NCBI GenBank assembly: GCA_964527485.1
Contig: CAZGPJ010000001.1
Coordinates: 1 to 36,251, forward strand
DNA: 36,251 nt
Source of the DNA: an uncultured Candidatus Saccharibacteria bacterium
Lineage (GTDB): Bacteria > Patescibacteriota > Saccharimonadia > Saccharimonadales > SLHW01
Reading direction: 5' to 3'
A program made the translations under genes and the position numbers. Positions 1 through 10,004 of the stretch are shown piece by piece. Under the pieces are notes generated by a model. The model was not told where the DNA came from. It saw only the letters and a list, made by a program, of their open reading frames with translations, and did not search any database. Positions within the stretch are counted from its first letter, which is position 1. Every line of letters begins with the position of its first letter.

Positions 1-2
1 TC

Positions 3-1010
3 GCACGTGGTATTACCAGTGCGACATCTCACCAGGAATACGAATCAGAAAACCGACACTACGCTCACGTTGACATGCCTGGGCACGCTGACTATGTCAA
101 GAACATGATCACCGGTGCTGCGCAGATTGACGGAGCTGTCCTGGTTGTCTCTGCTGCTGATGGTCCAATGCCACAAACACGTGAGCACGTTCTATTGGCT
201 CGCCAGGTTGGTGTCCCGAAGATTGTTGTGTACATGAACAAAATGGATCTAGCTGACCCTGAGCTCGTTGAGCTCGTTGAGATGGATATTCGAGAGCTAC
301 TCGCGAAGTACGAGTACGACGAAGATTGTCCTATCGTCAAAGGCTCAGCCCTCAAGGCTATTGAAGGCGACAGCGAAAACCAAGATTCAATTATGGAACT
401 CGTCAAGGCAATGGACGACTACATTCCGGAGCCAAAGCGCGAACTTGATAAAGACTTCCTCATGCCTGTCGAAGACGTCTTCTCCATCAAGGGGCGTGGC
501 ACGGTAGCTACTGGTCGTGTTGAAGCTGGTGTTGTCAAGGTCAACGAAGAAGTTGAAATTGTTGGTATCCGCGACACCAAGAAAACAGTTGTAACCGGTG
601 TTGAGATGTTCAAGAAGAGCCTTGATCAAGGTCAAGCCGGCGATAACGTGGGTATCTTGCTCCGTGGTGTTGAGCGCGATGATATCGAGCGTGGTCAAGT
701 TTTGTGTAAGCCAGGTTCAATTACGCCGCACACCGAATTTGACGCAGAGGTCTATATCTTGAAGAAAGAAGAAGGCGGACGCCACACACCATTCTTCAAG
801 GGCTACAAGCCTCAGTTTTACTTCCGCACAACGGACGTCACAGGAGAAGTCGAACTTCCGGCTGACAAAGAAATGGTTATGCCTGGTGACACCATCACCT
901 TTAAGGTAAAACTTCTCGCTCCAATTGCTATGGACCAAGGTCTTCGCTTCGCTATTCGTGAAGGTGGACGCACAGTTGGTGCAGGTGTTGTTACAAAAAT
1001 CACCAAATAG
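3..1010 (+). CDS. tuf: Elongation factor Tu, 5'-truncated by the window edge
   Basis: The frame is open from nt 3 ([41 protein letters not shown]...). It has the GTPase G3/G4 region (NKMDL) and the conserved C-terminal domains ending [13 protein letters not shown]. Stop codon at 1008-1010. Confidence 0.97.
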   Translation, partial: ARGITSATSHQEYESENRHYAHVDMPGHADYVKNMITGAAQIDGAVLVVSAADGPMPQTREHVLLARQVGVPKIVVYMNKMDLADPELVELVEMDIRELLAKYEYDEDCPIVKGSALKAIEGDSENQDSIMELVKAMDDYIPEPKRELDKDFLMPVEDVFSIKGRGTVATGRVEAGVVKVNEEVEIVGIRDTKKTVVTGVEMFKKSLDQGQAGDNVGILLRGVERDDIERGQVLCKPGSITPHTEFDAEVYILKKEEGGRHTPFFKGYKPQFYFRTTDVTGEVELPADKEMVMPGDTITFKVKLLAPIAMDQGLRFAIREGGRTVGAGVVTKITK

Positions 1011-1044
1011 CACGAGAGCACGCTACTTTATGTAGCAATTCAGT

Positions 1045-1079
1045 AAAACCCCTGCGAGCCAAAGCCGTAGGGGTTTTTT
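1045..1079 (+). terminator. Rho-independent terminator after tuf
   Basis: AAAACCCCTGCG (1045-1056) pairs with CGTAGGGGTTTT (1066-1077). The loop is 9 nt and a T-run follows. Confidence 0.75.
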
Positions 1080-1095
1080 CTTGCTCGCAAAAACT

Positions 1096-1123
1096 TTTAC
1101 ATGTAATAAAAGTAGTATATAAT
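1096..1123 (+). promoter_or_regulatory. Candidate sigma70-type promoter for rpsJ
   Basis: TTTACA (1096-1101), 16-bp spacer, TATAAT (1118-1123). This predicts a 5' UTR of about 115 nt that contains a hairpin GTGAC-TAAAA-GTCAC (1144-1158). Confidence 0.55.
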
Positions 1124-1243
1124 ACGTCTTGAATATCATCGTGGTGACTAAAAGTCACTATGCGTAGTCTCTTGTTGGCATACACTGCCGCCACTACGCG
1201 TAGGGATGTTACACCGCACCAAGTGCACAAAGGAGTTCACGCT

Positions 1244-1603
1244 ATGGCCGAGGCCAAAAAAACCACACGCAAAAAAGATGACGCTACTCAGGGCGATGGC
1301 AAGCAGCGGATCCGTATCCGACTAAAAGCGTACGATCACAAAGTCATTGATCAGTCGACCAAACAAATTGTCGATACAGCCATTCGGACTGGCGCCAAGA
1401 TAGCCGGCCCAATTCCACTGCCGACGCGAAAAACGACATACACTGTTGTGAAGAGCCCATTTGTGTATAAAAAGAGTCGCGAGCAGTTCGAGATGCGCAT
1501 TCACAAACGACTCATAGACGTACTCGATCCATCGGCGAAGACGATTGATAGTCTTATGAACTTGTCGCTGCCGGCTGGCTGTGATGCCGAAATTAAAATG
1601 TAA
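1244..1603 (+). CDS. rpsJ: 30S ribosomal protein S10
   Basis: ATG at 1244 is preceded by AAAGGAG (1229-1235). Contains [17 protein letters not shown]...GPIPLPT and LIDVLDP motifs. The ORF-track start at 1160 has no RBS. Confidence 0.95.
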   Translation: MAEAKKTTRKKDDATQGDGKQRIRIRLKAYDHKVIDQSTKQIVDTAIRTGAKIAGPIPLPTRKTTYTVVKSPFVYKKSREQFEMRIHKRLIDVLDPSAKTIDSLMNLSLPAGCDAEIKM

Positions 1604-1614
1604 CAGGGGTGAAT

Positions 1615-1644
1615 AAACCCGACACACTGTAGTGTGTCGGGTTT
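1615..1644 (+). repeat. Perfect 13-bp-stem hairpin (terminator-like), copy 1 of a two-copy palindromic element
   Basis: AAACCCGACACAC-TGTA-GTGTGTCGGGTTT lies 11 nt after the rpsJ stop. A near-identical copy is at 34532-34561. Confidence 0.7.
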
Positions 1645-1691
1645 ATGATCAACTCAGGCAAGACAGATACGAATGTAGAATTTGCAACGTA

Positions 1692-1734
1692 TTGACAGAA
1701 GTCTTGATTATCTGCTATTGTGTCATGGTATAAC
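1692..1734 (+). promoter_or_regulatory. Candidate promoter(s) for rplC and the downstream genes
   Basis: TTGACA (1692-1697), 18 bp, TATTGT (1716-1721). An extended -10, TGgTATAAC (1726-1734), is also present. Both sit in the unusual 265-bp rpsJ-rplC gap. Confidence 0.45.
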
Positions 1735-1868
1735 AATAACTTTGGTACTTGGTTCGTTCGATAGGTCTCGTTGCGACATGTAATGGGAAACCGGTGAGCA
1801 ACCAAGCATTTTTATGCTCAGGAAAACGAGCGCACCCACCAGAGTATAAACAGGGAAACGAAGTAACT

Positions 1869-2483
1869 ATGAAAGCACTCATAACACGAAAGGTTGGCAT
1901 GACAAGTATCATCACAGACGATGGTACTGTTGCTGCTGTCACCTTGCTTTCCGCTAGTCCAAGCGTGATCACGCAAATAAAAACTGTCGAAAGCGACGGC
2001 TACAGTGCACTACAGATTGGTGCGGAAAAGGCGAAACACGCCACAAAACCTCAGGCAGGACACCTGAAGGCTGCCAAGATGGACGCCAAGATTATGCGCG
2101 AAGTACGCGTTAACGACATACCCGAAGACCTTGCGGTTGGATCACCACTCACACCGGAGGTTTTTTCAATTGGTGATGTTGTCTCCGTCACAGGCACAAG
2201 CAAAGGTAAGGGCTGGGCTGGGACAATAAAGCGACATAATTTTAGTCGCCAGCGGAAGACCCACGGAGCGAAAGGCGCGACTCGTCGCGTTGGTTCAATT
2301 GGCTCAATGTATCCGCAGAAAATTTTTAAAGGCAAGAAGATGGCCGGTCAAATGGGCGGTGAAAAAGTGACCGTCAAGAACCTCAAAGTAGCTCTGGTTG
2401 ATAAAGACCTCGGCGTAATCGGCGTCGTTGGCGCTGTGCCTGGACCTAAAAAAGGCATCGTTATGATTAAGGGAGACGCGTAG
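1869..2483 (+). CDS. rplC: 50S ribosomal protein L3
   Basis: MKALITRKVGMTSII matches the canonical L3 N-terminus. Also contains GKGWAGTIKRHNF and KMAGQMG. The TTG start at 1749 in the ORF track would add a non-conserved extension. Confidence 0.95.
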   Translation: MKALITRKVGMTSIITDDGTVAAVTLLSASPSVITQIKTVESDGYSALQIGAEKAKHATKPQAGHLKAAKMDAKIMREVRVNDIPEDLAVGSPLTPEVFSIGDVVSVTGTSKGKGWAGTIKRHNFSRQRKTHGAKGATRRVGSIGSMYPQKIFKGKKMAGQMGGEKVTVKNLKVALVDKDLGVIGVVGAVPGPKKGIVMIKGDA

Positions 2484-2484
2484 T

Positions 2485-3126
2485 ATGAAAACACCTGCCA
2501 CATATACCAAGTCAGGCGCAAAAGCGACAACCGCGACACAGTTAAATACAGCCGTCTTCGACAATGTACCGACAACGCACGAGCTTCTTCAGCAGGCCTA
2601 CACAACATATCTCGCCAACGGTCGCAGCGCCAAAGCCAAAACGAAACTTCGCGGTGACGTTCGTGGCGGAGGACGCAAACCGTGGAAGCAAAAAGGTACT
2701 GGCCGCGCTCGTGCTGGTTCTATCCGCAGCCCCATCTGGCGTGGAGGTGGTATTACATTTGGGCCAACTGGCGCAGAAAACCACACAAAGCGTATGCATG
2801 CATCCGCAAAGAGATCTGCGCTGCGGCAAGCCTTGAGCTTAGCTCTCGAGAGCGGAATTATCCACATAATTGATGAAATTCACCTGAAAGAGGCGAAAAC
2901 ACGATTACTGCAAAGCCTGATCAACAAGCTATCGCTGTCTGGATCTGTACTCATTGTTGTTGCCAACAAGAACGAAACGGTTACGCGGGCGGCTCAGAAC
3001 ATGAGTGATGTTACCTACGTTCAGGCGCAGTATCTCAACGTCTATGACATCCTGAACGCTGACGCTGTTGTTATCGAAAAAGAAGCCCTCACGGTGATAG
3101 ATGCGTGGCTAGGAGATAAACGATGA
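2485..3126 (+). CDS. rplD: 50S ribosomal protein L4
   Basis: GGGRKPWKQKGTGRARAGSIRSPIWRGGGITFGP motif, in the expected operon position. Confidence 0.96.
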   Translation: MKTPATYTKSGAKATTATQLNTAVFDNVPTTHELLQQAYTTYLANGRSAKAKTKLRGDVRGGGRKPWKQKGTGRARAGSIRSPIWRGGGITFGPTGAENHTKRMHASAKRSALRQALSLALESGIIHIIDEIHLKEAKTRLLQSLINKLSLSGSVLIVVANKNETVTRAAQNMSDVTYVQAQYLNVYDILNADAVVIEKEALTVIDAWLGDKR

Positions 3127-3458
3127 GTATGATTTTACAACCTCGAGTTAGTGAAAAGGCATATGAACTCAGCAACGAGAAGAATGTCTATGTCTTTGAT
3201 GTGCCAAGCGATGTCAATAAGCAACAGATCGCTGCTGCAGTGAGCACACGGTTTGACGTCACCGTCACCGCCGTTAACGTGAGCGTCGCCAAAGGCAAGC
3301 GAAAGCGTATGATACAAAAACGTGGCCGAGTGACTATGGGCAAACGACGCGATGTTAAGCGTGCGTATGTGACCGTCAAGCAAGGCGATTCTATTCCCGT
3401 GTTTGCCGCGATCGACGAAGCAAGTGAAAAAGCCAACACGCGCAAGGAGAAGAAATAA
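3123..3458 (+). CDS. rplW: 50S ribosomal protein L23
   Basis: ATGA overlap with rplD. Size and position match L23 (ILQPRVSEKAY...VYVFDV). Confidence 0.93.
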   Translation: MSMILQPRVSEKAYELSNEKNVYVFDVPSDVNKQQIAAAVSTRFDVTVTAVNVSVAKGKRKRMIQKRGRVTMGKRRDVKRAYVTVKQGDSIPVFAAIDEASEKANTRKEKK

Positions 3459-4294
3459 TGGCTGTAAAACCATATAAAGCAACAACACCTGGCGCCCGCG
3501 GCATGACCTCGCAGGATCTTTCAACGATTACGACCAAGAAACCTGTGAAGTCCTTGCTGAAGAAAAAGCGTAAAACGAGTGGCCGCAATAACCAAGGCCG
3601 TATCACGACACGACATAAAGGTGGTGGAGTTCGTCAGTTTTACCGAGATGTCAATTTTGCTCTACCTGAAGGTACGACAGCAACAGTTGAAGCTATCGAG
3701 TATGACCCGAACCGCAGTGCTCGTATTGCTCGTATCAAAGACCAGAATGGAAGCTATCACTACGTTATCGCGGGAATCCGCATGAAGGTAGGAATGCAGA
3801 TTAGTAGTGGCGAGAACTCAGAGATTGAACACGGTAATCGATTGCCCCTGGCTAATATTCCGGTTGGTAGCGTTATTCATGCTATTGAGCTGCAAGTTGG
3901 TAAGGGTGCGCAGATTGTCCGATCAGCCGGCGCTCGCGCCCAACTCGTTGCCAAAGAAGGTAACCTTGTCCAGGTAAAACTACCTAGCGGCGAAGTGCGC
4001 ACTGTTCACAAATCATGCCAGGCATCAATCGGTGCAGTCGGCAACGAGCAGCATCAGAATATCAAGATTGGCAAAGCTGGCCGCAACCGCAAGAAAGGCA
4101 TTCGCCCATCTGTTCGGGGTATTGCCATGAATGCGGTTGATCACCCACACGGTGGTGGTGACGGTGGATCTCACGGCGTCGGTCGTGCCCCGGTGACTCC
4201 ATGGGGTCAGAAGACACTTGGCTACCGCACCCGACGACGCAAGCGAACCAACAAGCAGATTATCCGTAGCCGACACGAAAGAAAGAGAAAGTAG
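3458..4294 (+). CDS. rplB: 50S ribosomal protein L2
   Basis: [16 protein letters not shown] and [13 protein letters not shown] motifs. Confidence 0.97.
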   Translation: MAVKPYKATTPGARGMTSQDLSTITTKKPVKSLLKKKRKTSGRNNQGRITTRHKGGGVRQFYRDVNFALPEGTTATVEAIEYDPNRSARIARIKDQNGSYHYVIAGIRMKVGMQISSGENSEIEHGNRLPLANIPVGSVIHAIELQVGKGAQIVRSAGARAQLVAKEGNLVQVKLPSGEVRTVHKSCQASIGAVGNEQHQNIKIGKAGRNRKKGIRPSVRGIAMNAVDHPHGGGDGGSHGVGRAPVTPWGQKTLGYRTRRRKRTNKQIIRSRHERKRK

Positions 4295-4304
4295 GGAGTA
4301 TCGT

Positions 4305-4580
4305 ATGAGTCGTTCATTGAAGAAAGGACCATTTGTTGATCCAAAGCTGGCCAAGAAAGTCGAAGCGTTGGGATCTGAAGACCGCACAATCATCAAGACA
4401 TGGGCGCGGGCAAGCACTATACCGCCAGAGTTTGTCGGTAAAACTATCGCCGTGCACAACGGCAAAGTGCACGTGCCAGTCTTTGTTACTGAGAATATGG
4501 TTGGACACAAACTCGGTGAGTTCGCGCCAACACGAAAATTCCGCTCACACGGCGGTAAATTAGCTAAGGGAGCCAAGTAA
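4305..4580 (+). CDS. rpsS: 30S ribosomal protein S19
   Basis: [13 protein letters not shown]-terminus with GGGAG upstream. Also contains [13 protein letters not shown]. Confidence 0.96.
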   Translation: MSRSLKKGPFVDPKLAKKVEALGSEDRTIIKTWARASTIPPEFVGKTIAVHNGKVHVPVFVTENMVGHKLGEFAPTRKFRSHGGKLAKGAK

Positions 4581-4975
4581 TGTCAGTTATTGCACGTGCC
4601 AAGAACGTCCGTATCGCTCCACGCAAGGTTGGTGAGGTTGTATCTCTTGTCCGTGGGCACACGGTTGCTGACGCTTTGACGATCCTCGAGCACACACCAC
4701 GTCGCTCAGCTACAGCCGTCAAGAAAGCTATTGCCAGCGCTGCCGCCAACGCTGATTATAATCACAACTTCAAGCCAGACACTCTCTATATTAAAGAAAT
4801 TACAGTGACGCCTGGCCCACGCTACAAGCGGTACCGACCCGCTGCTTTCGGCGCGGCTAAACCTTACGAACTGAAGACCTCACATATACGAGTTACCGTT
4901 GATGGTGCAAAGCGTCAACCGAAAACCAAGAAAGCGCCCGCTAAGAAGACCGCTGCGAAGAAGGAGGCAAAGTAA
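4580..4975 (+). CDS. rplV: 50S ribosomal protein L22 with a Lys/Ala-rich C-terminal tail
   Basis: TAATG overlap with rpsS. Contains RIAPRKVGEVVSLVRG and HIRVTV, then the tail KRQPKTKKAPAKKTAAKKEAK. Confidence 0.95.
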   Translation: MSVIARAKNVRIAPRKVGEVVSLVRGHTVADALTILEHTPRRSATAVKKAIASAAANADYNHNFKPDTLYIKEITVTPGPRYKRYRPAAFGAAKPYELKTSHIRVTVDGAKRQPKTKKAPAKKTAAKKEAK

Positions 4976-5607
4976 TGGGACAAAAAGTAAATCCAATCAG
5001 TATGCGTCTCCAGTTAAATAAGAACTGGCGGAGTAAGTGGTTCGCTGACAAACGTGACTACTCGAACTTCTTAACGCAAGACCTGAAGGTGCGGAAGCTT
5101 ATCGATACAAAGCTTGGCTCACGTGCCTCTATCAATAAAGTTGACATCGAGCGCTCACCGAACCTCGTATCTGTCACAATTCAGACGGCCAAAGCTGGTG
5201 TGGTTATTGGTCGCGGTGGCGCAGGCGTCCAAGAACTCAAGGACGAGATTCAGAAAATCTATGACGTGCCAACGCGTGTAAACATAGAAGAAATTAAAAA
5301 ACCCGAGTTGTATGCCAAATTGGTGGCTGAAAATATTGCCTACCAGCTCGAGAGGCGTATTGCTTTTCGTCGCGCAACCAAGTCTGCAGCTGCTGCAACT
5401 ATGCGTGCTGGCGCGAAGGGTATTCGTATCGAAGTTGCTGGCCGACTTGGCGGAGCAGAGATGAGCCGCATGGAGCGCACGGTGGAAGGCAGTGTACCTC
5501 TACACACGATGCGCGCTGACGTTGAGTACCACGCCGCACGGGCTCGATATCCAGGCTCGGGAATAATCGGCGTTAAGGTATGGATCTATAAAGGGGAGAC
5601 ACGCTAA
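4975..5607 (+). CDS. rpsC: 30S ribosomal protein S3
   Basis: [13 protein letters not shown]-terminus and a KH domain ([15 protein letters not shown]). Confidence 0.97.
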   Translation: MGQKVNPISMRLQLNKNWRSKWFADKRDYSNFLTQDLKVRKLIDTKLGSRASINKVDIERSPNLVSVTIQTAKAGVVIGRGGAGVQELKDEIQKIYDVPTRVNIEEIKKPELYAKLVAENIAYQLERRIAFRRATKSAAAATMRAGAKGIRIEVAGRLGGAEMSRMERTVEGSVPLHTMRADVEYHAARARYPGSGIIGVKVWIYKGETR

Positions 5608-6020
5608 TGTTGATGCCCAAACGAACCAAATTCCGTAAGACGTTTAAAGGGCGCGTACGTGGCCCAGCAACGAAAGGTCACTACATCGCTTTTGGTGACT
5701 ATGCTCTGCAGGCGCAAAGCCACGACCGAATTACCAGCCGCCAGATTGAATCTGCTCGTCAGGCTATGACCCGCTACATTAAGCGTGGCGGTAAAATCTG
5801 GATCCGTATATTTCCGCATATCTCAGTTTCTGCCAAGGCTCTCGGTACAAAGATGGGTAGCGGCAAGGGTAATCCTGAGTACTTCGTATCAAAAGTAAAG
5901 CCCGGAACCATATTGTTCGAGATGCAGGGTGTGAGTGAGGAAGTTGCGCGTGAAGCCATGCGTTTGGCCTCACACAAACTTCCCGTGAAAACACGCTTTC
6001 TGAAGAAGGAGGATCTCTAG
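5607..6020 (+). CDS. rplP: 50S ribosomal protein L16
   Basis: [17 protein letters not shown]-terminus and [12 protein letters not shown]-like motif. Confidence 0.97.
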   Translation: MLMPKRTKFRKTFKGRVRGPATKGHYIAFGDYALQAQSHDRITSRQIESARQAMTRYIKRGGKIWIRIFPHISVSAKALGTKMGSGKGNPEYFVSKVKPGTILFEMQGVSEEVAREAMRLASHKLPVKTRFLKKEDL

Positions 6021-6021
6021 T

Positions 6022-6228
6022 ATGAAAATTGCAGAAATCCGGAAATTACCAACCAAAGACCTCACCGTGAAAAGCAGTGAACTGCGTGATGAAATAGCTG
6101 AACTAAAACAGCGAGTTCGCACAGGCGAAGTACAAAATGTACGCGCCATCCGCAATAAGCGAAAAGACCTCTCACGCATGCTGACAGTCTTAGGCGAACA
6201 ACTAGCAAAGGAGAATCTCAATGGGTAA
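6022..6228 (+). CDS. rpmC: 50S ribosomal protein L29
   Basis: Size, operon position and helical sequence (ELRDEIAELKQRVRTGEVQNVRAIRNKRKDLSRMLT) fit L29. Confidence 0.92.
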   Translation: MKIAEIRKLPTKDLTVKSSELRDEIAELKQRVRTGEVQNVRAIRNKRKDLSRMLTVLGEQLAKENLNG

Positions 6229-6511
6229 ATCACTGATCGGCGTCGTCTCCTCTGATAAGGCAGATAAAACCATCGTGGTATCTGTTGAGAGACAGAAGAC
6301 GCACCCCGTGTACAAGAAGCAATATTCAATCACGCGGCGTTTTAAGGCGCATGATGAAAAAAATGAAGCCGCTGTTGGAGATACTGTCGAGGTAACAGAA
6401 ACCACGCCAATCAGCCGACACAAGCACTTTACGTTGAAGCGAATCATTACACGTGCGCCAATTGAGCACAAAGAAGCACCTGTTGAAATAGCTGAAGAGG
6501 ATGCGTCATGA
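6221..6511 (+). CDS. rpsQ: 30S ribosomal protein S17
   Basis: [27 protein letters not shown] matches the S17 OB-fold. Overlaps rpmC by 8 nt. Confidence 0.94.
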   Translation: MGKSLIGVVSSDKADKTIVVSVERQKTHPVYKKQYSITRRFKAHDEKNEAAVGDTVEVTETTPISRHKHFTLKRIITRAPIEHKEAPVEIAEEDAS

Positions 6512-6876
6512 TACAGCAAGAATCACGAATATCTGTCTGCGACAACTCTGGTGCACGCGAATTGCTCTGCATCCGTGTCTTGGGTGGATCTGGTAAGCGC
6601 TACGCGCGTGTTGGTGACCAAATTGTTGCATCAGTTAAGCAGGCCAGCCCTACCGGTGGCGTCAAGAAAAAGACCGTTGTTCGGGCCGTTGTTGTCCGTT
6701 CTCGCCAGGCGATTCAACGAAAGGATGGCTCAACCATTGCCTTCGACGATAATGCAGCTGTCGTCATTGGTGAAGATAAGCTCCCCAAGGCAACCCGTAT
6801 CTTTGGGCCTGTGCCCCGCGAACTCCGTGACATGGGCTACGGCAAGATAATTAGCTTAGCACCGGAGGTTCTATAA
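6508..6876 (+). CDS. rplN: 50S ribosomal protein L14
   Basis: [28 protein letters not shown] matches the canonical L14 N-terminus. Confidence 0.97.
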   Translation: MIQQESRISVCDNSGARELLCIRVLGGSGKRYARVGDQIVASVKQASPTGGVKKKTVVRAVVVRSRQAIQRKDGSTIAFDDNAAVVIGEDKLPKATRIFGPVPRELRDMGYGKIISLAPEVL

Positions 6877-7220
6877 TGCATAAATCGAATAATCAGACCG
6901 TCTACAAAATCCGGCTCAAGAAAGGCGATAAAGTCATCGTTCGGTCCGGTAAGCATAAAGGCCAGACCGGTACTGTTCTTCACACTCACCCGAAAGATAA
7001 TACAGTCACCGTCGAAGGCATCAACATCATAAAGAAGCACCTCAAGCCCAACCGTGAACACCCTCAAGGTGGCATCATCGAGTTCACCAAGCCGATATCC
7101 GTGAGCAAAGTCGGCTACTACGATTCCGAGCAGAAACGTGCAGCACGAATCGGTTACAGCGAAAATAAGAAAGGCGAAAAGATTCGCGTACTGCGACCGT
7201 CTGGAAAGGAAATAGCATAA
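6876..7220 (+). CDS. rplX: 50S ribosomal protein L24
   Basis: KOW motif (KKGDKVIVRSGKHKGQTGTV) in the expected position. Confidence 0.94.
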   Translation: MHKSNNQTVYKIRLKKGDKVIVRSGKHKGQTGTVLHTHPKDNTVTVEGINIIKKHLKPNREHPQGGIIEFTKPISVSKVGYYDSEQKRAARIGYSENKKGEKIRVLRPSGKEIA

Positions 7221-7831
7221 TGGCTACCGACGCACAATCAGTCACAAAGAAGTCAGCTGCGAAAACCAATCCGAAGCAGTATGTACCGCGATTAAAAAAC
7301 GACTATCAGCAGACCATTCAAAAGCAACTACAGGATGAGCTCGGCTTAGCCAACATACACGAAGTGCCTCGTTTAGAGAAGATTGTAGTAAACGTTGGCC
7401 TTGGCCGCGCCAAAGATGATAAGAAGCTACTCGAAGTTGCTGGCAACACCGTCCGCAAGATTACGGGGCAACAGCCAATAGAGCTTGCCGCCAAACAGTC
7501 CGTTGCTGGCTTTAAGCTACGTGAAGGTAACAAGATCGGTCTAAAGGTAACCCTGAGAGGCGACCGCATGTATGAATTTGCTGATCGCTTGATATCACTT
7601 ATACTGCCTCGCCTGAGAGACTTTCGTGGAGTAAGCGGTAAGTCATTTGACGCTTCCGGGAATTACAGTATCGGGCTAACCGATCAGTCAGTCTTTCCGG
7701 AGTTGACCTACGAAGAGACGACAACTGTTCACGGGCTACAAGCTGTTTTTGTTATTAAAGCTCAGCAGGCCAGTCATTCCCGTGCGTTACTAGAGAAATT
7801 TGGCATGCCGTTTGAAAAGAGTAAGGAGTAA
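7220..7831 (+). CDS. rplE: 50S ribosomal protein L5
   Basis: Contains [13 protein letters not shown] and [15 protein letters not shown]. It has an N-terminal extension of about 20 aa. Confidence 0.95.
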   Translation: MATDAQSVTKKSAAKTNPKQYVPRLKNDYQQTIQKQLQDELGLANIHEVPRLEKIVVNVGLGRAKDDKKLLEVAGNTVRKITGQQPIELAAKQSVAGFKLREGNKIGLKVTLRGDRMYEFADRLISLILPRLRDFRGVSGKSFDASGNYSIGLTDQSVFPELTYEETTTVHGLQAVFVIKAQQASHSRALLEKFGMPFEKSKE

Positions 7832-7836
7832 ATTCT

Positions 7837-8106
7837 ATGGCGAAGAAATCTATGATAGCAAAAGACAAGAAACGTATGAAGATGATCGCGAAATACGAGA
7901 AAAAGCGCGAAGAGCTGAAAGAATTGGGGGATTTTGAGGCCCTGCATCAGCTACCGCGCAATTCATCACCAACACGTCGCACGAACCGCTGTAGCCAGAC
8001 AGGTCGGGCCAAAGGATATATGCGACAGTTCGGCCTTTCGCGCATTACTTTCCGAGAGCATGCAAGCAAGGGAGAAATCCCTGGCGTAACGAAGTCGAGC
8101 TGGTAA
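7837..8106 (+). CDS. rpsN: 30S ribosomal protein S14, long Cys-less (C-) type
   Basis: C-terminus [39 protein letters not shown]. The protein is 89 aa with a single Cys and no CxxC pairs. Confidence 0.94.
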   Translation: MAKKSMIAKDKKRMKMIAKYEKKREELKELGDFEALHQLPRNSSPTRRTNRCSQTGRAKGYMRQFGLSRITFREHASKGEIPGVTKSSW

Positions 8107-8117
8107 GGAGTATTACT

Positions 8118-8525
8118 ATGACACACCCTACAGTACTCAACGATCCAATTTCGGACATGCTGACCAGAATCAGGAACGCGATTCTCGTCCGCAAAAACGA
8201 AGTATTCGTACCACACTCGAATGTGAAGGAAGCGATTGCGCAGCAACTGGTAAAAAATAAATTCATCGACACTATGACGGTTGAAAAAGAAGCCGTTGGC
8301 AAGACAATTAAAATAGTCATAAACTCGCCAGACTCGAACGCGCGTATTACCGAAATCCAGCGTATGAGCAAACCGGGTCGACGCTACTACTCCAGTGCTG
8401 ATGCGATTCCAAGTGTTAAGCGCGGTCGTGGTATTGTTATTGTCTCGACGAGCCAAGGCGTTATTACCGGAGACGAAGCCAAAAAGCGTGGCATTGGCGG
8501 TGAATTAATTTGTAAGGTCTATTAA
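8118..8525 (+). CDS. rpsH: 30S ribosomal protein S8
   Basis: DPISDMLTRIRNA N-terminal motif and GGELICKVY C-terminus. Confidence 0.96.
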   Translation: MTHPTVLNDPISDMLTRIRNAILVRKNEVFVPHSNVKEAIAQQLVKNKFIDTMTVEKEAVGKTIKIVINSPDSNARITEIQRMSKPGRRYYSSADAIPSVKRGRGIVIVSTSQGVITGDEAKKRGIGGELICKVY

Positions 8526-8542
8526 GAGAAGGAATGTAAACT

Positions 8543-9085
8543 ATGAGTCGTATAGGAAAACTACCGATTGAAATCCCTAGCGGTGTGACAATCACTGTCG
8601 ACCCAGATATGATTACCGTCAGTGGACCGAAAGGCAGTCTAAAACAGGCAACTTTCCCGGGCATTACGGTAACCGTCGAAGGGAATACATGTACGGTTAC
8701 ACGAAAAAATGATGATCCCGAGTATCGATCAAAGCACGGACTTATGCGGACGCTTGTCTCGAACATGGTCGTCGGTTTGACAGAAGGCTTTGAGAAGAAA
8801 CTCGAGCTAAGTGGTGTCGGTTTCCGTGTATCACAGGCAGGGTCTGAGCTAAAGTTTAGCCTCGGTTATTCACATGAGATTACCTACACATTGCCTGATG
8901 GCGTAACTGCGTCCGTTGAAAAGAATGTTATCACCGTTAACGGCTACGACAAGCAGCAGGTCGGACAAGCAGCAGCCGAGATTCGAGCCTTGCGTAAACC
9001 AGAGCCATATAAAGGCAAAGGTATCGCCTACGTTGGTGAGCGGATTATACGCAAAAGTGGTAAATCAGGAACCGGGAAGGAATAA
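8543..9085 (+). CDS. rplF: 50S ribosomal protein L6
   Basis: MSRIGKLPIEIPSGVTI N-terminus and PEPYKGKGI motif. Confidence 0.96.
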   Translation: MSRIGKLPIEIPSGVTITVDPDMITVSGPKGSLKQATFPGITVTVEGNTCTVTRKNDDPEYRSKHGLMRTLVSNMVVGLTEGFEKKLELSGVGFRVSQAGSELKFSLGYSHEITYTLPDGVTASVEKNVITVNGYDKQQVGQAAAEIRALRKPEPYKGKGIAYVGERIIRKSGKSGTGKE

Positions 9086-9097
9086 TAGGATAACGTT

Positions 9098-9457
9098 ATG
9101 GATAGACTACGCAAGAAACAATATAACCTTGCTCAACGTAAGCGAAAACTTCGCCAGAGGATTCGTGGTACGGCAGAGCGACCGCGCTTGTGTGTACATG
9201 TGAGTAATAAGCATGTGAGCGCTCAAATTATTGATGACTCAAATCAACACACACTACTCAGTGTGAGTACAGTTGGACGTGATAAAAAATTAACAGGAAC
9301 GATGACCGAACGTGCCGCTAAAATTGGCGAAGAAATTGGCAAACAAGCCAAAAAGAAGAAGATAACACAGGTTGTCTTTGACCGAAATGGTCGATTGTAC
9401 CACGGCCGACTGAAGGCACTCGCTGACGCAGCCCGTAATAATGGAATGGAGTTTTAG
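9098..9457 (+). CDS. rplR: 50S ribosomal protein L18
   Basis: RPRLCVHVSNKHVSAQIIDD and DRNGRLYHGRLKALADAARNNGMEF. Confidence 0.95.
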   Translation: MDRLRKKQYNLAQRKRKLRQRIRGTAERPRLCVHVSNKHVSAQIIDDSNQHTLLSVSTVGRDKKLTGTMTERAAKIGEEIGKQAKKKKITQVVFDRNGRLYHGRLKALADAARNNGMEF

Positions 9458-9458
9458 T

Positions 9459-10004
9459 ATGGCTACACAAGGAAACTCGCCGCAGCGAAACGCGGCATTC
9501 AGGGAAGAGAAGCAATACGATGAACGCGTGATCAACATTGACCGAGTTGCTCGTGTTGTGAAAGGTGGCCGGCGGTTTCGATTCCGCGCATTAGTCGTTG
9601 TCGGTGACCACAAAGGCAAGGTCGGTGTTGGTTCGGCAAAGGGAGCTGATGTCACCACAGCAATCTCGAAAGCTGTTGACGTTGCAAAGAAGAACGTTCA
9701 GGCAGTTGCTTTGTACAAGACAACTATCCCGCATGAGGCAGAAACAAAGGTCTCGGGCGCTCAGGTTCTCATTAAACCAGCCTCACCTGGAACGGGGATC
9801 ATAGCCGGTGGTGCAGTCCGTACCATACTTGAAGTAACTGGTGTGCAAGATGTACTATCCAAGTCTCTTGGCTCATCAAACAAGCTCAATATTTCCTACG
9901 CGGTACTTGAAGCACTACAAAGTCTCAAGCCGCAAAAAGATTGGGTTACCTCTCGAGCGAAGCCGGCCAAAGAGGCCAAAAAGACGAAAGAGAAGCAGTC
10001 ATGA
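9459..10004 (+). CDS. rpsE: 30S ribosomal protein S5
   Basis: ATG at 9459 lies 2 nt after the rplR stop and has GGAG upstream. Contains [27 protein letters not shown]. The ORF-track start at 9441 lies inside rplR. Confidence 0.94.
   Translation: MATQGNSPQRNAAFREEKQYDERVINIDRVARVVKGGRRFRFRALVVVGDHKGKVGVGSAKGADVTTAISKAVDVAKKNVQAVALYKTTIPHEAETKVSGAQVLIKPASPGTGIIAGGAVRTILEVTGVQDVLSKSLGSSNKLNISYAVLEALQSLKPQKDWVTSRAKPAKEAKKTKEKQS

Noticed and set aside
1160-1243. N-terminally extended starts given in the ORF track (1160 rpsJ, 1749 rplC, 4218 rpsS, 9441 rpsE, 9941 rplO, 14964 rplQ, 16865 trpS, 32328 glsB, 25673, 26576).
   Set aside because: The extensions overlap the upstream gene or lack an RBS. 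The downstream ATG reproduces the conserved family N-terminus and has a Shine-Dalgarno or a stop/start junction overlapping or abutting the upstream gene.
4025-4576. 183-aa minus-strand ORF. There are similar long antisense ORFs at 3135-3524, 5970-6329, 7947-8456, 9290-9658 and 17758-18126.
   Set aside because: They lie entirely antisense to strongly conserved genes (rplB/rpsS, rplW, rplP/rpmC, rpsN/rpsH, rplR/rpsE, trpS/rluD-like). Their composition is low-complexity Ser/Thr/Arg-rich and they have no RBS. They are typical shadow ORFs.
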